In this document: positions 4,089 to 10,751 of the stretch, in pieces | How positions within the stretch are numbered: position 1 is the first letter of the stretch | Layout of the letters: every line of letters begins with the position of its first letter | NCBI GenBank assembly: GCA_043824255.1 | Contig: JBDRTG010000022.1 | Span: forward strand, 1-10,751 | Origin: a bacterium | GTDB lineage: Bacteria > JAHJDO01 | Direction of reading: 5' to 3' | Length of the DNA: 10,751 nucleotides | The notes under the pieces: generated by a model | Database searches by the model: none | Told to the model about the DNA's origin: nothing | Seen by the model: only the letters and a program-made list of their open reading frames with translations | Made by a program: the position numbers and the translations under genes

Positions 4089-7061
4089 TTATTTTCTCTC
4101 CAGCCTTAAAATCTTCTCAACAAGTTCAACGGCTTTTGTTTTATCCACTTCCTTCAGTAGTATTTTATACAATTGTGTCGTCAGCTCTCTTTTCTCCTTG
4201 CTATTGAATTTCCAGTGAGGATATTCTTCAAATATATCATTAATCTTCGCTGCCAGTGTATCTGGCTTTGAAATTGTATCCCTTTTAAACAGCCAGTAGA
4301 TTGTAAAGGTATTAACATCAAAATTCTTTTCGGCCTGTTCCCTGCGTGCCTGATTAATCTCCTTGATAATTTCCTCCAGCTTTCTCAAAGCATCAATAGT
4401 CGTAACGCGCCTATCATCATACAATTCAATAACAGCCTGGGCCTTTTCTCCAATCTCAATTAAATATGGCTGCTCATTTTGATTATCATCAACGAATTTA
4501 AAGATACTTTTTCTTAAATTGATTACTTTAACGTTATCTGACTTGCCGCTTTCCTTTAATGCCTTAAGGGTATCTTCTTTTATTTCATAAATCGGGAGTA
4601 TGGAGGAAATGTCCGTTGAATAAACATGCTTCTGGACTAAATCAGAAGTCTTGCGCATCAACTCCTTATCCAGAAGAATCCTTCTGCTAAAGGCATTCTT
4701 AATAATACTGTAAAGATAGGAAATCTTCCAGTAATCACCCATGTAATCCCTTAAAAATTTATCCGGCGAGATAATCTCATAAAGCATCTCAAGCTGTTTA
4801 AAGAAACCATAAAAGTCTTGCCTCTTGTTCTTATCGCTGAAATATTCTATTGCCCTTTCAACTGCCTTATCATCCATCTTGCCTTTTGCCAGCTCAAGAT
4901 ACGGCTTTGCCTTTTCTTTCATCAATTTCGCAAAACTTTCCTTCAAAACATCAATATTTTTTATCACGCTTCCAACAATATCAGAATCAAAGGCCAATGC
5001 TTTTTCCAGTCTTTCAAAGATACCAATAAAATCAAGAACAAATCCCGATGGTTTTTTCAATCCGTCCTCATCCTCATAAGGCCTATTGACTCTGGCAATT
5101 GCCTGTAAAAGGGTATGGTCCTTCATTGGCTTGTCAAGATACATGCAGTAAAGAATAGCGGCGTCATAACCTGTAAGAAGCTTGTCAGTAACAATCAGGA
5201 TTTTGGGTAGTTTATTCTTTTTTGGGAATATCTTTCCTTTTAAGTCTCTCTCATCACTCTCTTTCATGTAATGCTTCTTTAATTCTTCAGTATCATTATG
5301 AGCCTGGCTGTAAACAACAACCGAATATTCTGCCGGCAATAGCTTATCTAGTTCTTTCTTGTACAAAGCACAGGCCTGCCTGTCCACACCAACAAGAAAT
5401 GCCTTATATCCCATTGGTTCAACATTTTCTTTATAATGCTTTGCAACAAATTCAGCTACCTTCTTAATCCTGTCTTTTGATTTCAGGAAATTCTTTAGGC
5501 TGACCGCTTTTTCAAGAAGCTTGTTTAACTCATCGATATCACTCACGCCTTCCTTCTCCATTAAGGCAAAGAATTCCTTCTCAAGCATTTCTTTAGGTAC
5601 TCTTATTTCATTAGGCGCAAGGGTGTAATGCAGAGGAACGGTTGTCCCGTCTTCTATTGATTCAGCGATAGAATACTTATCCAGATATCCCTTATTATCC
5701 TCTTTGCCGAATATCTTGAAAGTCCCCTTACCATAAAGGATTTTATCAATTGGCGTCCCGGTAAAACCAAAATAAGTAGCATTCGGAAGAGCTGCCATAA
5801 GAAAGTTTCCCAAATGGCTGCCCGTTGTTCTGTGAGCTTCATCAACAAGAACAAAAACATTGTCTCTTGTGTTTATATCCTTCGGCATACCTTCAAACTT
5901 ATGAATCATTGAAACTATCAGTCCGCGATAATCTGATTTCAACAAATCCTGCAAATCTTTCTTTGATTCAGCTATTTTCATGCCCTCATCAATCTTGAAT
6001 CCATAAGCATCGAGATTCCTGAAAAGCTGGCTTTCAAGTTCATTTCTATCTACTAACATTATCACAGCGGGTTTTTCAAATTCGGGCTGCTGCAATATCT
6101 TTTCTGCCGCGACAATCATCGTAAATGTTTTTCCCGCGCCCTGAGCATGCCAGATTAAACCTGTTTTCTTTTTCTTATCTAAAGCTCTGTCTATTAGCTT
6201 TTCAACTGCCCTTGTCTGATGCTGCCTCATAATTATCTTTGACATAACGTCATCTTTCTTGAAGAAAACAATGTAATCTTTTATGAATTGAAGGATTCTC
6301 TCCTTGCTGAAGAAGCTTTTTACCTTTTCCTCGAAATTGACAAAATTATTTTTAATTTTGTCATTCTGAGCCACATTCGCTACGCTCAGCGCAGGCTCCG
6401 GCGAAGAATCTAATTCAATTCCTTCGCTATGTTCAAGACAATCCTTCCAGTTAAACAAGCCCTTGCGGTCAAGATTCCATGTAACGCCGTAATAAAAATC
6501 AAGCAGATGAGTAACATTAAAAATCTGGTTAGATGTTACCAACTCGGGAGTTTCAGCATGATACCTTCTTATCTGCCCTATACCTTCCTCTATGCCTTCT
6601 CTTTTATTAGCTCCTTTGGTTTCAGCTATTATTACGGGTATTCCGTTAATCAGAAAAACCACATCCCCGCGATTAGTAAACTTACCGTTTGTATACTGCC
6701 ATTCATCTGTAACGTGAAACTCATTATTTTTAAGTTCCTCAAAATCAATAAATCTTATATCTAATTCTCGCTTTTCTTTATCAGAATAAACTGATTTTTT
6801 TCCTTTAAGATACTGCAGGATTTCCTGATTGCCCTCTATTGAACTTTTGACATTTTCAAGCTTCTTGATAATCTCATCTGCCTTCTCATCATTGACGATG
6901 CCTTTGTTAAGCTCTATCAGTTTCTTTTTCAGGATATCGTAAAAGAACAGGCCTGCTTCACCGCCTCTTAAGGCAACAGCTTCATCCCTAGTTATAGGTG
7001 TCCAGCCTATCTGAGTGGCGTATTTTATCAATGGATCCTGAACAATGCTTTTTTCTGACAT
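4089..7061 (-). CDS. hsdR: Type I restriction enzyme restriction/motor subunit HsdR
   Basis: RGDVVFLINGIPVIIAETK nuclease motif, QIRRY (QxxxY), HAQGAGKT Walker A, VDEAHR, FTGTP, LTGYD and QAIARVNR. Confidence 0.97.
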   Translation of the reverse strand: MSEKSIVQDPLIKYATQIGWTPITRDEAVALRGGEAGLFFYDILKKKLIELNKGIVNDEKADEIIKKLENVKSSIEGNQEILQYLKGKKSVYSDKEKRELDIRFIDFEELKNNEFHVTDEWQYTNGKFTNRGDVVFLINGIPVIIAETKGANKREGIEEGIGQIRRYHAETPELVTSNQIFNVTHLLDFYYGVTWNLDRKGLFNWKDCLEHSEGIELDSSPEPALSVANVAQNDKIKNNFVNFEEKVKSFFSKERILQFIKDYIVFFKKDDVMSKIIMRQHQTRAVEKLIDRALDKKKKTGLIWHAQGAGKTFTMIVAAEKILQQPEFEKPAVIMLVDRNELESQLFRNLDAYGFKIDEGMKIAESKKDLQDLLKSDYRGLIVSMIHKFEGMPKDINTRDNVFVLVDEAHRTTGSHLGNFLMAALPNATYFGFTGTPIDKILYGKGTFKIFGKEDNKGYLDKYSIAESIEDGTTVPLHYTLAPNEIRVPKEMLEKEFFALMEKEGVSDIDELNKLLEKAVSLKNFLKSKDRIKKVAEFVAKHYKENVEPMGYKAFLVGVDRQACALYKKELDKLLPAEYSVVVYSQAHNDTEELKKHYMKESDERDLKGKIFPKKNKLPKILIVTDKLLTGYDAAILYCMYLDKPMKDHTLLQAIARVNRPYEDEDGLKKPSGFVLDFIGIFERLEKALAFDSDIVGSVIKNIDVLKESFAKLMKEKAKPYLELAKGKMDDKAVERAIEYFSDKNKRQDFYGFFKQLEMLYEIISPDKFLRDYMGDYWKISYLYSIIKNAFSRRILLDKELMRKTSDLVQKHVYSTDISSILPIYEIKEDTLKALKESGKSDNVKVINLRKSIFKFVDDNQNEQPYLIEIGEKAQAVIELYDDRRVTTIDALRKLEEIIKEINQARREQAEKNFDVNTFTIYWLFKRDTISKPDTLAAKINDIFEEYPHWKFNSKEKRELTTQLYKILLKEVDKTKAVELVEKILRLERK
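6359..6440. repeat. Palindromic REP/MITE-like element inserted in frame in hsdR
   Basis: GC-rich segment tgtcattctgagc...ttcgctacgctcag...gcgaagaatct...attccttcgctatgttcaagaca. Inverted pairs: tgtc/gaca ends, ctgagc/gctcag, gagcc/ggctc, gcgaagaat/attccttcgc. Confidence 0.75.
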
Positions 7062-7062
7062 T

Positions 7063-8316
7063 TTAGTTAACCTTTATATCCAAATCTTTGATCCTTACTC
7101 TTCCGGTCATAAGTTGGTTGAGCATGGTTTTGAAGAGGGATTGAAGAGTTTGTTTTCGTGATTCGGCTTGGGAGAGTTTTTTATCTATGCTTGAAAGGGT
7201 GTTAGCTATTTCGTTTTGTTCATTTTTTGGAGCAATTGGAACGAACCAAGGTTTCAAAAACTGTATATTAATATTTTTTTGTGTCCCGCGAGGAGCCATC
7301 ATATTCATCTTATCTTTTTGCGTACGTAGGTAATATTCTAAGTATATATTAAGCACGTTATCATGTGGAGTGATTCCAATTATGCTATCAGGAAATGCAC
7401 TATCAAATGTTAAAATTGCAGTGTCGCCTATATTTGCAGCTATCGTTATTACAATTGTTCCTTTTGGAAAAATCTTACTTATAGAAAGCCCCAATTCATT
7501 AAGTGTCTGGGTATAAGATGTAATCCTTCCGTCAGAATTGGCAATATCACCAGTTTGTATAAAAGGGATTTTACCTCCATAAAATTTTGGTTCATTTCGT
7601 GGTCTATGTGTAAATTTCCCCCTCTCAATTAATGCAATGTCCCCCAATTTTTTAACTTCCCAGCTTTTCGGTATCAGCCCGATTTCTGTTTTCTTCTGCT
7701 CTTCACCATGCAGACCCTCAGTAAAAAACTTGTTCGTTAGGGATTTCTTCAACTCTTTTGTTGTCTGGATGATTTTTTCCTGCTGTTCTATTGCCTGCTG
7801 GATTTTTAAAAGGACAACTGCGATTTTTTGTTGTTCTGGAAGAGATGGAAGTGGTATTTTTATATACGGAATTGCTTTGCTGGAATGCTTTATTGTTATT
7901 CCTGTTGTATACTTTTCTATAATTTTCTTAACAAAATCATTCTGCAATACAAAATAGGTATAATCTTGGTTTAAGTCTTTATTAGTAAATACTATTTTCC
8001 TTATTCCTGAAGAATATGCTCCGGATAAACCTTTTCTTATTATTCCTGGGCTACCATCTAACGTAATCAAAATATCTTTTTCAGTGCAAAACCTGATATT
8101 TTCTACAGTAGTATAGATTTCGTCTTCCCTACTTCCCGAAACATCAACTACTCTTAAAAATCTCACTCCTTTCATTTCTTTATTGTAATTAGATCTTCCT
8201 GGCTCTGATCCTCGCTGAAATTTAACAAAGCTATCTATATTAACAACCTCCCAATCACTCGGAATTAATCCTATTTCAGTTTCCTTAAATCCATTTATTT
8301 CGCTATTTTTCTTCAT
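7063..8316 (-). CDS. hsdS: Type I R-M specificity subunit HsdS (417 aa; start revised to the ATG at 8316)
   Basis: Two repeats of KxTEIGLIPxxWEV, each followed by a target recognition domain and a PLPSLPEQQKIA / PIAPKNEQNEIA coiled coil; ends LMTGRVRI. Confidence 0.96.
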   Translation of the reverse strand: MKKNSEINGFKETEIGLIPSDWEVVNIDSFVKFQRGSEPGRSNYNKEMKGVRFLRVVDVSGSREDEIYTTVENIRFCTEKDILITLDGSPGIIRKGLSGAYSSGIRKIVFTNKDLNQDYTYFVLQNDFVKKIIEKYTTGITIKHSSKAIPYIKIPLPSLPEQQKIAVVLLKIQQAIEQQEKIIQTTKELKKSLTNKFFTEGLHGEEQKKTEIGLIPKSWEVKKLGDIALIERGKFTHRPRNEPKFYGGKIPFIQTGDIANSDGRITSYTQTLNELGLSISKIFPKGTIVITIAANIGDTAILTFDSAFPDSIIGITPHDNVLNIYLEYYLRTQKDKMNMMAPRGTQKNINIQFLKPWFVPIAPKNEQNEIANTLSSIDKKLSQAESRKQTLQSLFKTMLNQLMTGRVRIKDLDIKVN

Positions 8317-9322
8317 TTTTATAACTTTCAGGAAAAGGTAAAGAATGTAGTTTTCTCTTAAGCAACATCCTATCAATAATCTTTGTCCTGTAACTTGCTA
8401 TTTTCATAGAAGATACAGCCCTGCTTAAAGCAATGCGAACCACTTCTTCATTCTTGGATTTACAGAGGATGAGCCCAACCGATGGATTTTCTTCTTTCAA
8501 CTTATTTTGTTCATCAAGAACGGTTAAGTAAAATTGCATCTTACCTACATACTCAGGCTTGAAATCTCCAATCTTTAATTCCACAGCCACTAAACATCTT
8601 AGAGCCCTATGATAAAACAATAAATCCACTTTGTAATCCTGTCCCCCAACAATCACTTTATATTCCTCTCCCACAAAAGTAAAATACCTGCCAAACTCGA
8701 GGAAAAATTCCTTTAAATTTGTTACGATGGCTTTGCGTAAATCTTTCTCGGCGAAATTGTCTTTTAATCCCAGAAAATCGAATATATACTCATCTTTAAA
8801 ATGTGTTAGAATATTTTTTTCTTTTGTATGCGGTACTAATTTATCTGTCTTTCTTGAAAGCATAAAGCGTTCATATAAAGAAGATTCAATTTGTCTTTGT
8901 AATTCCCTGAAACTCCATCTTTCATTTATGCAGGTTTTAATATAAAATTCTCTTTCCTCCATAGATGTTGTGCTGTGCAAAATAAGAACATTGTGTGACC
9001 ATGATAATTCTCTCAACAGTGTTGAGAGTTTTTCATTATCTTTATATGTTTCGTATATTTGTTTCATTCTCCATAAATTCTGTGCTGAAAACCCCTTCAT
9101 ATCAGGAAATTCTCTCTGTAAATCCTCTGCTAAAGTTTCTACAACGCCTTCACCCCACTTTGAGACTTCTATTTTTTCATAAAGGGCTTGTCCCACCAAT
9201 AAATATAATTCAACTAATTGCCTGTTAATTGTCTGATATACCTTTTGCCGAGCTTTAGCAATTTCTTCTTTTACTCTCTCAAGAAATGTTTTATATTCAC
9301 TATTTTCCATCTTTTGTTCCAT
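8303..9322 (-). CDS. YhcG / DUF1016-family PD-(D/E)xK nuclease-domain protein
   Basis: WG..VV..LA.DL...FP.MKGFS..NL..M, LSWSHN, EREFY, WS.R.L.RQI, KD.Y.FDFL, FLEFG..F.FVG, VDLLFYHR.L.CLVAVELK, GKMQFY and GLILCK. Confidence 0.93.
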   Translation of the reverse strand: MEQKMENSEYKTFLERVKEEIAKARQKVYQTINRQLVELYLLVGQALYEKIEVSKWGEGVVETLAEDLQREFPDMKGFSAQNLWRMKQIYETYKDNEKLSTLLRELSWSHNVLILHSTTSMEEREFYIKTCINERWSFRELQRQIESSLYERFMLSRKTDKLVPHTKEKNILTHFKDEYIFDFLGLKDNFAEKDLRKAIVTNLKEFFLEFGRYFTFVGEEYKVIVGGQDYKVDLLFYHRALRCLVAVELKIGDFKPEYVGKMQFYLTVLDEQNKLKEENPSVGLILCKSKNEEVVRIALSRAVSSMKIASYRTKIIDRMLLKRKLHSLPFPESYKNEEK

Positions 9323-9323
9323 T

Positions 9324-10751
9324 CTAACGCTCCTTTGAAAACCCTTTATAGCCGATTTTCTTCATTATTGAATTGAGCTCTTTGTCTGTCTTTGTTCTGT
9401 CTTCTTCAAGCTCGGCAAGCTCAACAAGAATTTCCTCAACATCTCTGTATTCCTCTTCCTTGCCATTGCTGACATATCTTGAGGGGCTCAGGTTATAATC
9501 ATTCTTGGCAGCCTCTTCATTTGAGATTATCTGTGTAAATTTGTCTATGCTCTTCCAGTCATGAAAAGCCTTTGCTATCTTTTTGATTTTGTCATCAGGA
9601 ATGAAATTCTTTGGCCTCCCCTTCTCAAATTCAAGAGAGGCATTTATCAGCATTATTTTGCCTTTTCTATCTCTGGGCTTGTTCCTATTGAGAATCAAAA
9701 CAATGCCCGGAGCAGTTGTATTGTAGAAAAGATTTTCAGGCAAAAGCAAAACTGCCTCAATCCAGTCCTTATCAACAAATTTCCGCCTTATGTCCTTCTC
9801 TTTATTGCTTCCCTGATTGCCTGAGCCTCTTGAAACCGCTCCTGTATCAAGGACAATCGCAGCCTTGCCATTATCATTCAAAGATGCGAACATAAGCTGA
9901 ACCCAACCCCAGTCAGCAGAGCTCGCAGGCGGATATCCGTTCTCAAAGCGATTAAAAGTATCTGCCTCATAAAAATCTTCTGTATAACCATCCTGATTCC
10001 ACATAGGATTGGCAACGACCAAATCAAAAGTTTTCAGCTTACTACCTTTGAGAAGTTTTGGATTCCTCAAAGTATCTCCGATCATGATATCACCTTCCAT
10101 ATCGTGAATAATCATGTTCATCTTAGCCATAGCGTAAGTAACATAATTCTGCTCCTGACCGTAAAGCCTCAATGGCTTTGAAATTTTCTTTCCTTTTTCC
10201 TTTAAGGCAAGCTGTGACTTAACAAGCAAGCCGCCTGAACCACATGCAGGGTCATAAACCTCCTGCCCCTGCTCAGGATCAAGAATATAAGCCATTATCC
10301 AACCAACCTCTTTTGGAGTATAGAATTCCCCTGCGCTTTGCCCCTGCCCTTCTGCAAACTTCCTTAAAAGATACTCATAAGCCCTTCCAAGGATATCGGG
10401 TTCGGCATCCTTTAATCCTATCCTGTGCCTGCTTATAATCTCAATAAGCGCGCTTAATTTACCGTCATCAATAATCCTCTGCCCGCTTACAGTAGCATTG
10501 AAATCAACTATATCAATTACACCCTGTAACTTAGGATTCTGCTTTGCTATTGCACGAGTGGTATCTGTAATCTTCTCGCCAATTCCCGTTGTTTTCTTTC
10601 TTATCTCTGACCATACTGCATTCTTCGGAATGAAAAATCTCACAAGGCTGTGATCCTTAGAGGCAATCTCCAAAGCTGTTTTCTCATCCCCAAATTCCTC
10701 TGAAAGCCTTTTAATTTCATCCTCAAAAACATCAGAAAGCCTCTTTATGAA
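9324..10751 (-). CDS. hsdM: Type I R-M methyltransferase HsdM (5'-partial; frame open to the window edge)
   Basis: The frame continues upstream of 10673 as FIKRLSDVFEDEIKRLSEEFGDEKTAL. Motifs: D.LG.AYEYL...FA, GEFYTP, YDPACGSGG (motif I), ANPMW (motif IV), LPENLFYNT and YNLSPSRY. Confidence 0.97.
   Translation of the reverse strand, partial: FIKRLSDVFEDEIKRLSEEFGDEKTALEIASKDHSLVRFFIPKNAVWSEIRKKTTGIGEKITDTTRAIAKQNPKLQGVIDIVDFNATVSGQRIIDDGKLSALIEIISRHRIGLKDAEPDILGRAYEYLLRKFAEGQGQSAGEFYTPKEVGWIMAYILDPEQGQEVYDPACGSGGLLVKSQLALKEKGKKISKPLRLYGQEQNYVTYAMAKMNMIIHDMEGDIMIGDTLRNPKLLKGSKLKTFDLVVANPMWNQDGYTEDFYEADTFNRFENGYPPASSADWGWVQLMFASLNDNGKAAIVLDTGAVSRGSGNQGSNKEKDIRRKFVDKDWIEAVLLLPENLFYNTTAPGIVLILNRNKPRDRKGKIMLINASLEFEKGRPKNFIPDDKIKKIAKAFHDWKSIDKFTQIISNEEAAKNDYNLSPSRYVSNGKEEEYRDVEEILVELAELEEDRTKTDKELNSIMKKIGYKGFSKER

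Larger units (their letters stand above)
3023..10751. mobile_element. Probable end of a genomic/defence island integrated in purF; continues beyond the window
   Basis: A truncated housekeeping 3' end abuts radC and a Type I R-M operon. No integrase is visible in this window. Confidence 0.55.

Noticed and set aside
7063..8316. Phase-variable hsdS (shufflon or TAEL-type repeat tract)
   Set aside because: There is only one hsdS. The two conserved regions are diverged at the DNA level, and no inverted repeats, recombinase or tandem tract were seen.
8317..8376. Extended HsdS N-terminus MIGCCLRENY... from the ORF track
   Set aside because: It overlaps deeply with the yhcG-like gene; the ATG at 8316 directly precedes the conserved FKETEIG motif.
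177..10438. All plus-strand ORFs (177, 1382, 3479, 3636, 4818, 4825, 5222, 6429, 7637, 8727, 8970, 8995, 9561, 10244) and the nested minus-strand ORFs 3486-3668 and 5654-5860
   Set aside because: They are short, lie antisense or out of frame within well-supported genes, and show no recognisable motifs.
10671..10673. HsdM start at 10673
   Set aside because: This is an internal TTG (Leu); the frame stays open to the window edge with HsdM-like sequence FIKRLSDVF.

Overview
All real genes are on the minus strand. The left part (1-2727) is housekeeping: guaA, a four-helix-bundle (23S-IVS/Avd-like) gene, hisH, and possibly the first codons of hisF. It carries six 7-bp tandem arrays. Two bracket the four-helix gene as inverted repeats, two form an ORF-less inverted pair after hisH, and two sit in frame inside hisH. 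The right part (3064 to >10751) is a tightly coupled Type I restriction-modification operon: hsdM (partial), a YhcG/DUF1016-like nuclease, hsdS, hsdR, a small M48/YgjP-like HExxH protein and radC. Between the two parts lies a 46-codon 3' remnant of purF that the ORF track missed, which looks like an island integration scar. hsdR also carries an approximately 82-bp palindromic REP-like element inserted in frame. All family calls come from motif recognition by eye; no database searches were run.
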